Shown here piece after piece: positions 17,806 through 26,044 of a stretch of 32,000 nucleotides of DNA; position 1 is the stretch's first letter; every line of letters starts with the position of its first letter. The stretch lies in assembly GCF_000011805.1 (NCBI RefSeq), contig NC_006840.2, one strand, 5' to 3'. Origin of the DNA: Aliivibrio fischeri ES114 (GTDB taxonomy: Bacteria > Pseudomonadota > Gammaproteobacteria > Enterobacterales > Vibrionaceae). The translations under genes and the position numbers were made by a program. The notes under the pieces were generated by a model. That model saw nothing but the letters and a program-made list of their open reading frames with translations, had not been told where the DNA came from and did not search any database.

Positions 17806-17838
17806 CCCCAGAGTGAATGTTCATTCTGGGGTTTTTTA
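17806..17838. terminator. Bidirectional Rho-independent terminator shared by fabV (+) and ybjL (-)
   Basis: ccccaga (17806-17812) / tctgggg (17825-17831) stem with further internal pairing. T6 follows on the + strand and ttttcttttctcttttg follows on the - strand. Confidence 0.85.
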
Positions 17839-17862
17839 TTGGTTCCAATAAATGGGTTCGTA

Positions 17863-19545
17863 TTATGCTAGGAGTATCATAATGGTGCCGGCAACGGTCA
17901 TTAAGATATTGGCAATCGCATACGTACCTGCGTAACCCAGTGCAGGGATGGTGCTGCGTGCGTGTTCGTTAACCACGTCCATTGCTGGGCCACAAGTACG
18001 AGCACCGATAATTGCACCAATCAATAAAGCACGGTTCATATTAAGAATATAGGCACCAACAAGGTAGGCTAAAATTACTGGGATCACGCTGACAATAAAT
18101 GCAGCAGCAAGTACTTTTAAACCATCTTCAGAGAAGTATTCATTAATATTGCCACCAGCACTTAATCCAATCCCCACCATGAACACTAATAAACCAAGGT
18201 TTTTGGTCATGTTTAGAGCCCCTTGTGGTACATAACCAAAAGTAGGGTGGTTTGCTCTTAAGAAACCTAATGTGATACCTGAAATCAATAGACCAACGGC
18301 ATTACCTAAACCAAATGTCACTTGGCCAAAGCTCATGGTGATCATCCCGAACATGATGCCAAGGATAAAGAAGCTACAGAAAGCTAATAAATCAGATACT
18401 TGGCTATGAATAGAGATAAATCCAATCTTGTCAGCTAGGTAGTGAACTTTGCTTTTTTCACCACTCACTTGAAGAATGTCACCTTTCGCTAATACGATAT
18501 CGTGTTCAATTGGCATTTCAATTTGTGCACGAACCACACGGTTAAGGAAACAGCCGTATTCAGAAAGGTTTAATTCTGACAGGCGTTTACCAGCGATATT
18601 ATCGCTTTTAACTACGATCTCTTCTTCTGCAATGCGTAAATCTAATAAGTTACGGTCAAATACTTCTTTCCCGTTTCTAAAGCTTGAATCGAGACGAGCA
18701 TGGCTATCTGGATAACCTACAAGTGCAATTTCATCACCTTGTTGCAAAATGTAGTCACCATCGGGGTTTGCTAAAATACCGTTACGACGGATACGTTCAA
18801 TGTGACAGCCTGTTTGGCGGTGAATACCTAGCTCACGTAAGTTTTTACCATCAGTCCAATCGATTAGCTCTTGGCCAACACGATAAGCTCGAATGATTGG
18901 TAGGTATACTTTTCTCTGGCCAGCACTTCCTATTCCACGTTCTTGAGCAATTTGCATTGCACTGTCTTGTAGATTCTGTTTTTGCAATTTCGGAAGTAAA
19001 CGAGCCAAAAGGATAAGGCTTGTTAAACCGATTAAATATGAGAAAGCATAACCGACACTTAAATTGTCAATTACCTTACTAAAGTCGACACCTTCAGGCA
19101 GGGCTGCTAAACCAGAATTTAATGCATCTTTTGCACCTACTAATACAGGCGTTGCTGTTAATGCACCTGCCATCATACCTGTAGATAAACCGTAGTCTAA
19201 ACCGAAGTAGTGGCCTGTTAAAAAACTGAGTGAAACAGCTGAGACTAATACAACAAGTACAAGTAAAAGGTAGTGTTTGCCATCTCGTAGGAAGATACCA
19301 AAGAAGTTTGGTCCAGCCTCGATACCAACACAAAAGATAAATAGCATAAAGCCAATATTGAGAGAGTCAGCGGTAAAAGTATAACCAAGACTTCCCATAA
19401 AGAGGGCGGTGATAAGAACACCAATAGAACTGCCTAGTTGAAAACTACCAATCCTAAGTTTAGCTATGAATAAGCCAAGAGCGAGAACAACGAATAAAAG
19501 TAAGATATCGTTTTGCGATAACAATGTCGCAACATCAATGTTCAC
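17863..19545 (-). CDS. ybjL: YbjL/YidE-family (AAE) putative transporter with two internal TrkA-C (RCK-C) domains
   Basis: 560 aa with a GTG start giving MNIDVATLL.., parallel to E. coli YbjL (MNINVAELL..). TM blocks flank a soluble middle region. ybjL-grxA neighbourhood as in E. coli. Confidence 0.85.
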   Translation of the reverse strand: MNIDVATLLSQNDILLLFVVLALGLFIAKLRIGSFQLGSSIGVLITALFMGSLGYTFTADSLNIGFMLFIFCVGIEAGPNFFGIFLRDGKHYLLLVLVVLVSAVSLSFLTGHYFGLDYGLSTGMMAGALTATPVLVGAKDALNSGLAALPEGVDFSKVIDNLSVGYAFSYLIGLTSLILLARLLPKLQKQNLQDSAMQIAQERGIGSAGQRKVYLPIIRAYRVGQELIDWTDGKNLRELGIHRQTGCHIERIRRNGILANPDGDYILQQGDEIALVGYPDSHARLDSSFRNGKEVFDRNLLDLRIAEEEIVVKSDNIAGKRLSELNLSEYGCFLNRVVRAQIEMPIEHDIVLAKGDILQVSGEKSKVHYLADKIGFISIHSQVSDLLAFCSFFILGIMFGMITMSFGQVTFGLGNAVGLLISGITLGFLRANHPTFGYVPQGALNMTKNLGLLVFMVGIGLSAGGNINEYFSEDGLKVLAAAFIVSVIPVILAYLVGAYILNMNRALLIGAIIGARTCGPAMDVVNEHARSTIPALGYAGTYAIANILMTVAGTIMILLA

Positions 19546-19634
19546 TGTATTTTGCCTGAAATATGGAGTAAGAAAGTGTGACGTAAGTCTAACTTAAAAA
19601 TGGCGAATGTATAACCATATTTAGAAATAAAATC

Positions 19635-19664
19635 AAAAAAAAATCACCGTTTGGGAGCGGTGAT
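19635..19664 (-). terminator. Rho-independent terminator after grxA
   Basis: Minus strand: atcaccg, loop ctcccaaa, cggtgat, followed by T9. Confidence 0.85.
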
Positions 19665-19691
19665 TTAATTTTATAAATTAGCTATTTGAAA

Positions 19692-19955
19692 TTAATCAAA
19701 AAGACCTAAATTTTCTTTTGCGTACGCTTCAAATTCAGTACAGCCGCCAATATGTTTTTCATCGATAAAGATTTGAGGAACCGTTTCAACTGGTTTACCT
19801 ACTGTCTTTTCTAAGTCTGCTTTTGAGATACCTTCAGCGTGAATATCAACGTAGCGGAATTTAAAATCATCACGTTTTTCAGTTAGCGTTTCAGCGTGCT
19901 CTTTAGCTCGAACACAGAATGGACAACCAGGACGACCAAAAATAACAACAAACAT
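19692..19955 (-). CDS. grxA: Glutaredoxin 1
   Basis: MFVVIFGRPGCPFCVRAKE...VETVPQIFID..HIGG aligns along its length with E. coli GrxA (MQTVIFGRSGCPYCVRAKD...VETVPQIFIDQQHIGG). ATG at 19955 lies behind GGAGA; the track's TTG at 19967 adds 4 codons. Confidence 0.9.
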   Translation of the reverse strand: MFVVIFGRPGCPFCVRAKEHAETLTEKRDDFKFRYVDIHAEGISKADLEKTVGKPVETVPQIFIDEKHIGGCTEFEAYAKENLGLFD

Positions 19956-20055
19956 AGCTTTCTCCAAAAATTATTAGCGGATATGGTTCGCAATCAATAG
20001 GTTAACTATGCCTATCAATATGAATTAAGTAAAGATGATTATACCTTTTAGATTG

Positions 20056-20070
20056 ATAGGTAAAACCTAT
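20056..20070. promoter_or_regulatory. OxyR-like half operator ATAGGTAAAACCTAT in the grxA promoter region
   Basis: Fits ATAGnt-N3-anCTAT exactly on both strands. It lies 12 nt upstream of a minus-strand TATAAT (20043-20038). A related ATAG/CTAT unit lies at 19997-20015. The canonical second half-site 7 nt away is poor. Confidence 0.3.
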
Positions 20071-20924
20071 TGGTAACGTTCATCTTTTCCGTAGCGAGAA
20101 TCTTTAAGTGCTTCTTTAACTCGCTTCAGATTATCTCTAAAACCAACACCACGGCGTAATGTGAAGCCAGTTGCTAGAACATCAATAACGGTCATTTGAA
20201 CAACACGACTTGCCATTGGCATATATACGTCAGTATCTTCCGGCACATCTAAACAAATAGCTAAAGATGCCATTTTTTCAAGAGGTGAATCCTTTGCAGT
20301 AATCGCAATAACCGTTGCGCCGTTTGATTTAGCAAGCTCTGCGATTTCAACCAAGCTTTTAGTTCGACCTGTGTGTGAAATTAACACTACTACATCATTT
20401 TCTGTGCTATTGATGCAGCTCATGCGTTGCATCACGATGTCGTCAAAACAAGCGATAGGGATGTTAAATCGGAAAAATTTGTTCATGGCATCGTGCGCTA
20501 CAGAAGCTGATGCACCTAGACCAAAGAAAGAGATTTTTTTCGCTTGTGTTAGAAGGTCAACTGCACGGTTTACCTGCATTGGATCTAAGCTATTTTTAGC
20601 TACATCAAGACACGCCATTGTTGATTCGAAGATTTTATGTGTGTATGCATCTGGACCATCGTTTTCTTCAACATTACGGTTTACATAAGGAGTACCATTG
20701 GCAAGGCTTTGTGCAAGATGAAGTTTAAAGTCTGGGAAGCCTTTTGTATCTAGTCGACGGCAAAAACGGTTTACCGTTGGCTCACTAACGTCAGCCATTT
20801 TAGCTAAAGTGGCAATACTTGAATGAATTGCTGTTTGAGGTGAGGCCATAATTACTTCAGCTACTTTGCGCTCTGATTTGCTGAAGTTATCTAAATTATT
20901 TTGTATTTTCTCAATGGTATTCAT
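20067..20924 (-). CDS. hexR: HexR (RpiR-family, HTH + SIS domain) central carbon metabolism regulator
   Basis: 285 aa. MNTIEKIQNNLDNFSKSERKVAEVIMASPQTAIHSSIATLAKMADVSEPTVNRFCRRLDTKGFPDFKLHLAQS is the typical HexR N-terminus, followed by a SIS domain (FFGLGASASVAHDA). Confidence 0.9.
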   Translation of the reverse strand: MNTIEKIQNNLDNFSKSERKVAEVIMASPQTAIHSSIATLAKMADVSEPTVNRFCRRLDTKGFPDFKLHLAQSLANGTPYVNRNVEENDGPDAYTHKIFESTMACLDVAKNSLDPMQVNRAVDLLTQAKKISFFGLGASASVAHDAMNKFFRFNIPIACFDDIVMQRMSCINSTENDVVVLISHTGRTKSLVEIAELAKSNGATVIAITAKDSPLEKMASLAICLDVPEDTDVYMPMASRVVQMTVIDVLATGFTLRRGVGFRDNLKRVKEALKDSRYGKDERYQ

Positions 20925-20957
20925 ATGCGCTCTTCTACATTTTTAATTTGATATAAC

Positions 20958-20994
20958 CTTAACCAGAGTGATTTGAAAAGACACTTTGGTTAAG
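20958..20994. promoter_or_regulatory. 13-bp inverted repeat CTTAACCAGAGTG-N11-CACTTTGGTTAAG, 34-70 nt upstream of the hexR start
   Basis: 12/13 Watson-Crick pairs. The remaining position is G-U if transcribed from the + strand and A-C if from the - strand. Confidence 0.5.
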
Positions 20995-21056
20995 ATTATC
21001 TATTTGAATAAGTATATACGTTTGTTTACTTAGCCTCTAACAATTGGCTTCGTTGA

Positions 21057-21073
21057 TTGTATTTTAATAACAA
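21057..21073. promoter_or_regulatory. HexR-box-like palindrome tTGTATTTTAATAACAa
   Basis: 15/17 match to the published proteobacterial HexR consensus tTGTAATwwwATTACAa (from memory). Lies about 135-150 nt upstream of the hexR ATG. Confidence 0.4.
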
Positions 21074-21095
21074 TAATATGACAGATCTCTAAAAA

Positions 21096-21121
21096 CACTT
21101 TCAATTTAGAAAGTGATTTTT
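21096..21121. terminator. Hairpin cactttc/gaaagtg flanked by A5 and T5 (terminator-like on both strands)
   Basis: 7-bp stem with a 6-nt loop. On the minus strand it is followed by TTTTT, 76 nt downstream of the panP terminator. Confidence 0.4.
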
Positions 21122-21197
21122 CGGTGTAAATACGACAAAACTAAAATTTTATCGATAATTTCGTGATTAAGTTTCAGTTAGAAAGGAAATGAATTAC

Positions 21198-21236
21198 AAA
21201 AAAGATAGGTTGTTTTACATTCATAAAACAACCTAT
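21198..21236 (-). terminator. Rho-independent terminator after the decarboxylase gene
   Basis: Minus strand: 13-bp stem ataggttgtttta / taaaacaacctat, 6-nt loop, then cttttttg. Confidence 0.85.
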
Positions 21237-21245
21237 ATGAGGGGA

Positions 21246-22889
21246 TTAGTGAAGAATGTTGCCTACAATTTGGTTTAAAAGAGGTAAAGATATTTCACTG
21301 CTGCTCGCAATTTCTCTTTGCTCAATTAAGACATTTTGCAGTATTTCTTTTGTTGTTAATGGGTTTGCCAATACGACTCTGAAAACGATGGTTGGTTGAT
21401 GCTGATAAGCTTCAGGTGTTAATCGAGTTCGAGAAACAAAAGATTTCCCAGTTTCACGTTGCGTTTTTTGAATGTACTTGGTGAGATTATCCAAGTGTTC
21501 ATAAATCTCAATCTTTTGCTCGTCAGTCGCAATGGCCAGTGCCGCTTTTACATTACTTGGAACATAACGATAAGTCAGCAAACACAGCTCAGGCTCTGTT
21601 ATCAGTTCAAAGTCATCTTGCTGTTGAATTAAATCAGCAAAGTAGTGTGCTTTTTCAATACTTTGGTTGATTAATAATTCATAACCAGGGCGACTGATCA
21701 CGTTGAAACAAGAATAAAGCAACATCGCCATACCACTTCGAGAACCTTCAAGTGTGTGACGACCTAAATCTTTAGACCCTTTACGAAGAATGTATTCAGC
21801 ATGATGCTGGATAGAAGACATTAACTCAGGATCTTTAAAAATAACCATACCTGCCCCCATTGGCACGTATAGTTGCTTGTGTGCATCAATCGTTACGGAA
21901 TCGGCTAAATCAATACCATCTAAAAGGTGTCGGTACGTATTCGACATTAATGTTGCACCGCCCCAAGCGGCATCCACATGGAAATGACATCCTTCACGTT
22001 GAGCAACATTTGCTAACTCACGAAGTGGGTCAATTGAACCTGTTTCTGTGGTTCCTGCAACCCCAACAATAGCCAATGGCTTAATGTTTTTCGCTTTTGC
22101 TTGGGCAATTTTAAGCTCTAAATCATCAAGGCAAACACGGTTGTTGTTGTCAGTTTTTACGGCAATAACACCATCTTGACCAATCCCTAATACATCGGCT
22201 GCTTTTTTGAGTGAGTAGTGACCACGTTCTGAAACGAAAATAGCTAACCCATTGCACTTATAATGCATAAGAGCGGCAAAAAGTCCTTGTTTGGCAATAC
22301 CTTCAAAATCACCTTCTGGTTTTAATAGGCGATTTCTTGCAACCCATAACGCTGTAATATTGGCAATGGTGCCGCCTGAACAAAAAGCACCCAGAGAATG
22401 ATCAGCGCTGTGCATCCAGTGTTGATAGAAACTGTCTTTTTGACCAAAAATTAGACGGTGCAACATACCAAGCACTTGACGCTCTAATGGGGTAAATGCT
22501 TTTGATGTTTCAATTTTTACCAAGTTTTGGTTTAGGGCAATCATGATTTTTGAAAGTGGCATTAAAAAGTAAGGCAATGCCGATGTCATGTGGCCAATAA
22601 AGCTTGGTGCAGAGGTATGAACGGATTGAGATACAAGGGTATCTAACAGGTGCTCAGTATGTTCGGATACATAGGTTGGCGATTCAGGCATTGATGAATC
22701 GGTAAAATCTTTTTCGATTTCCGTCAATGGCTTTTCTTCGGCAACAATATGCTCTCTCAAAAATTGATTTAAGTTCTGTGAAAGTTCTTTTTCAATTATT
22801 CCAAGAGTCGAATCGGGAGCTTCCGGAACAGTAAAAATTCGCAGCAGGCTTTCAAAGCTCGCATCTGCTGTTTTGTTGTCTGTTACCAT
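21246..22889 (-). CDS. panP: Group II PLP-dependent decarboxylase (Vibrio PanP-type putative aspartate 1-decarboxylase; older annotations say 'glutamate decarboxylase, putative')
   Basis: 547 aa. PLP-lysine motif SVTIDAHKQLYVPMGAG plus HVDAAWGG. Position next to hexR as I remember for V. cholerae. Substrate specificity cannot be read from the sequence. Confidence 0.75.
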   Translation of the reverse strand: MVTDNKTADASFESLLRIFTVPEAPDSTLGIIEKELSQNLNQFLREHIVAEEKPLTEIEKDFTDSSMPESPTYVSEHTEHLLDTLVSQSVHTSAPSFIGHMTSALPYFLMPLSKIMIALNQNLVKIETSKAFTPLERQVLGMLHRLIFGQKDSFYQHWMHSADHSLGAFCSGGTIANITALWVARNRLLKPEGDFEGIAKQGLFAALMHYKCNGLAIFVSERGHYSLKKAADVLGIGQDGVIAVKTDNNNRVCLDDLELKIAQAKAKNIKPLAIVGVAGTTETGSIDPLRELANVAQREGCHFHVDAAWGGATLMSNTYRHLLDGIDLADSVTIDAHKQLYVPMGAGMVIFKDPELMSSIQHHAEYILRKGSKDLGRHTLEGSRSGMAMLLYSCFNVISRPGYELLINQSIEKAHYFADLIQQQDDFELITEPELCLLTYRYVPSNVKAALAIATDEQKIEIYEHLDNLTKYIQKTQRETGKSFVSRTRLTPEAYQHQPTIVFRVVLANPLTTKEILQNVLIEQREIASSSEISLPLLNQIVGNILH

Positions 22890-23063
22890 GGTATCTGTTC
22901 TATTTGTTGATGATTGAAAAGTAAAGAGAATGATTCTTTACAGGCTCTGAGGGCACAATTTAGAACAAAATGACGAAAATGTCTTGTGTAAAATGTGCCT
23001 CATTGAGTCTTGAAGGGGGGATTTACCACCAAAAATGAATGAATGGTGATAAATTAATCAATA

Positions 23064-23576
23064 TTATTGGCATTTAATAATACTGATCTCGCTCATTTTT
23101 TGATTGTAGGCTTTCAGTGGAACGTCAATTGTTTTTGGATGACTTAAGATGTCTGCAAACGCAGAACGCAATTCATAATTTTGTTTATGAGGTTGAGATT
23201 GACGGTCATCAAACGTTGCTTTGGCGATTTTACCTAGCTCGTCATCATGGCTTGCTAATTCTTTCACTTCTTTTTGAGAAAGTTGTAACCACGATTCTAT
23301 TGATTGATTTGTTTTAACCTTTTCAGGTGCATTTTCAAGATAGTAATTCACTGCAGCACGGTTCAGTTCAAAGTGATGTTTGCGTCCTTCAAGGAACCAG
23401 TCACCAACACTTTGTAGGTTTGGATCTTTTTTCACGGTAATGGCAATGAGCTCTTGATACCAAGTTAAAGATGCATCTACATATTGACTGTATTTGTCGC
23501 TTAAACATTGAGTATCTGCAGCTTGAGCTGAGGTCGTAAGCAATGCAAAAGGTAAGATTAGAGCGGCAAGTTTCAT
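23064..23576 (-). CDS. Hypothetical periplasmic protein
   Basis: 170 aa. Sec signal MKLAALILPFALLTTSAQA-AD. Predicted helical and charged. Only two Cys, at mature position 5 and at the penultimate residue. SD AAGGA lies 6 nt upstream. Confidence 0.75.
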   Translation of the reverse strand: MKLAALILPFALLTTSAQAADTQCLSDKYSQYVDASLTWYQELIAITVKKDPNLQSVGDWFLEGRKHHFELNRAAVNYYLENAPEKVKTNQSIESWLQLSQKEVKELASHDDELGKIAKATFDDRQSQPHKQNYELRSAFADILSHPKTIDVPLKAYNQKMSEISIIKCQ

Positions 23577-23712
23577 TTTAAATCCTTATAAATGAATCGT
23601 AATTATCAATTTGTGATTGTAAATAGAGTGTAACTAAATGCAATTGAAACGATTCACAGTGTGATGTTTCCCACTTAATCTAATACGAATAACTTTTTTC
23701 TGCTGCGATTAC

Positions 23713-24612
23713 CTAAAGAGAAACGAAGAACAGCATCAAAAAAGGAACTGAGAGACTCAGTATAAAACCACTGACAATAGCAATAGGAACACAGCGAATC
23801 CCGCCACAATTTTGAATAACAGGAAGTGTGAAATCCATTGCTGTTGCTCCAGCGTAACCAATAGAGGTGACTGGATAGCGATGAATTAAGGTTGGGATTA
23901 GTAGTAGAGCGACCAACTCACGGAAAAGTTCATTTAAGAAAGCGGCGCCACCATATACTGGACCTAAAGCATCACCCATTAAGATGCCAGCAAGTGAATA
24001 CCATCCAAAACCAGAGGCCATTGCTAAGCCGTGTGGTAATGGGATATCAAGAATAAGAGCACCAATGATGCCACCAACAAAAGAGGTAGACATAATAACT
24101 GCGGCAATAATAATACCGTGTTTATTTAATAGGATCTGGCGAAGTGTAAGGCCACTGTTACGTAATTGAATACCAATTAAGAATAATAGAAGTAATAGGA
24201 TTATCTCACTGGCTTGCTCAACCCAACTTAAATCGATACCAGAAAGTAAGCCAAATACTAGACCTCCCGCAACCGCTAAGAGCAGCTTTGCCGATTCTAG
24301 GATCATTTTAAATAGTGGAAGCGAGTTTTTATTCCCTTCCGAATTTAGCGGAAAGAGCTTATCCATAATAGGAAGAATAGCTAAGTTACATACGCTAATT
24401 GCGAGAAAGAAAGTAACCGTAATCGTTAAGATTTGATTGAGGTTTTGAGCAAGATTATCCAGAGCGGCAAGACTTAAGCCCATAAGTGCTAGGATAACGG
24501 TAACTAGGTGACTTGTTGCGGCATTAATATGTTGAAGCGGCTTCTTCGTATGAAGAGGGATTAAATAGCCTAAAAGCAGTGGTAAAAAAACGAATAACAT
24601 TCCCGAAAACAT
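23713..24612 (-). CDS. lysO: LysO/YbjE-family lysine exporter
   Basis: From ATG 24612, MFSGMLFVFLPLLLGYLIPL.. parallels E. coli LysO MFSGLLIILVPLIVGYLIPL. Later blocks also match (LLLFLIGIQLRN, MASGFGWYSLAGIL, GATAMDFTLPV). The track's TTG at 24687 adds 25 unsupported codons. Confidence 0.85.
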   Translation of the reverse strand: MFSGMLFVFLPLLLGYLIPLHTKKPLQHINAATSHLVTVILALMGLSLAALDNLAQNLNQILTITVTFFLAISVCNLAILPIMDKLFPLNSEGNKNSLPLFKMILESAKLLLAVAGGLVFGLLSGIDLSWVEQASEIILLLLLFLIGIQLRNSGLTLRQILLNKHGIIIAAVIMSTSFVGGIIGALILDIPLPHGLAMASGFGWYSLAGILMGDALGPVYGGAAFLNELFRELVALLLIPTLIHRYPVTSIGYAGATAMDFTLPVIQNCGGIRCVPIAIVSGFILSLSVPFLMLFFVSL

Positions 24613-24702
24613 AATAATAAGCCCAACTTTTGAAGAAGCCCCGAGAATATCAAGGCTTTTCAAATTCGGCAATATAATGTTAATCAATTTGTTGTAATTT
24701 AA

Positions 24703-25626
24703 TTACAAACCACTGCTTCTTAGTGTTTCTCTAATTCGGTCGTTGAATTGAGTATTGGTAAGGTTACTTAGTGTATAAAGGGCTTCAGCACCTTCTAGTG
24801 TGATTTCTACTTCATGGTCATCAATATCGTCATCGTTATTTCTGAACATTAACAAATGATTAGCAATACGTGCGATGTTTAAATAACTTATTGGGTAGCT
24901 ATTTTCTGAAATTTGTTTATTTGTGGCAATTGAAAGGAAATCTTCATCAAACTGCCAATGATTCAATACATGGTAGCTAATTGGATTACACTCTTTTTCA
25001 AAAATATGGAGTGCAACATCGAGATCGAGGTAATTTCCTTCTTCAAGGTAGTTGTAGTATTTATTGACTAAGCAAAATAAACCGATGTCTGCCAAAAGAC
25101 CACTTAATAGCGCCTTTTCTGGTTCAAGGTAATCGTGTGAGCTATCAGTACTTTCTTTTAGTATCTCTTCGCATACCATTGTCATAACGGCGGCAAATTC
25201 GCGCGACTTAGCCGCACTCTTACGAAGTAACGCGTTACACTCGCTATTTAAGTCACTTGAATATTTTAATTGTTCGATAGCTTGTGCGGTAACAATATCA
25301 CGCACACGGAAGATACCTAGACGAGATACAGCAGTAAGAACATCTGTACAGGTAATATTACGGTGGTTAAATACGACAGAATTAGCCATTCGAATCACAA
25401 TAGCGGTAAGGCTCGGGTCTTCTAAAAGCGTATCGGACACATCTTTTATCATTGTACCTTCAAGGGTACACAATTTCTGAATTTTAAGAACGACATCAGG
25501 GATCGGTGGAAGCTGAATTTTCCCCGATGTGATGTTAGAGGTAACTTGTTGGCTAAACTCAGTCCTCAATGCATTCAGAGCTTTCTCTTTGTCATGAGTT
25601 AACCAAAAAAATGATAAATGATTCAT
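24703..25626 (-). CDS. HDOD domain-containing signalling protein
   Basis: 307 aa. LPPIPDVVLKIQKLCTLEGTMIKDVSDTLLEDPSLTAIVIRMANSVVFN...AVSRLGIFRVRDIV is the typical HDOD N-terminal pattern. Confidence 0.8.
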   Translation of the reverse strand: MNHLSFFWLTHDKEKALNALRTEFSQQVTSNITSGKIQLPPIPDVVLKIQKLCTLEGTMIKDVSDTLLEDPSLTAIVIRMANSVVFNHRNITCTDVLTAVSRLGIFRVRDIVTAQAIEQLKYSSDLNSECNALLRKSAAKSREFAAVMTMVCEEILKESTDSSHDYLEPEKALLSGLLADIGLFCLVNKYYNYLEEGNYLDLDVALHIFEKECNPISYHVLNHWQFDEDFLSIATNKQISENSYPISYLNIARIANHLLMFRNNDDDIDDHEVEITLEGAEALYTLSNLTNTQFNDRIRETLRSSGL

Positions 25627-26044
25627 TTTAATTCATGTATTTAAATAATGAGTAAATCATACATTATTTTTATACGTACGAAATAAAAACTTAAAGATTT
25701 GAGCACACACTCAAATTAAAAAAATATACAGAAATGTCAAAGTTAATACGGTGAATTAAATAAGTGATAAATTATTGACGTCATAAATGAATCTTGTGAG
25801 ATTCATCAATGTAATGAGGTGTGATGTTATGTCATTATAATGTGATACGAGCCTGAAGAATTACTTGTTTCGTTACATGAATTAATTAGTAATTATGTGA
25901 TCGAAATAAAGAAATATACTGTTATTTCAGGTATTAATATAAAAATAATAGAAACATATTCATTGTACGTTTATTATTCAATTGCTTGATGTCAATTTTA
26001 TGACAGGGACGGGGGATGTTAATTTAAAGATCAAGGAGATCGAG

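Noticed and set aside
21006-21030. Possible further copies of the 25-mer (gaataagtatatacgtttgtttactt at 21006; gattattcttgat at 14633; atcattct on the minus strand at about 22929-22936)
   Set aside because: Only 8-11 nt seeds match and the remainder is near random for AT-rich DNA. This is not distinguishable from chance without a genome-wide search.
25900-26044. c-di-GMP (GEMM-I) riboswitch of the kind found upstream of tfoY
   Set aside because: The leader is AT-rich and lacks the GC-rich paired elements and conserved GCAAA/GGGAC-type cores. The only G-run (cagggacggggg) has no complementary partner. Synteny also favours tfoX.
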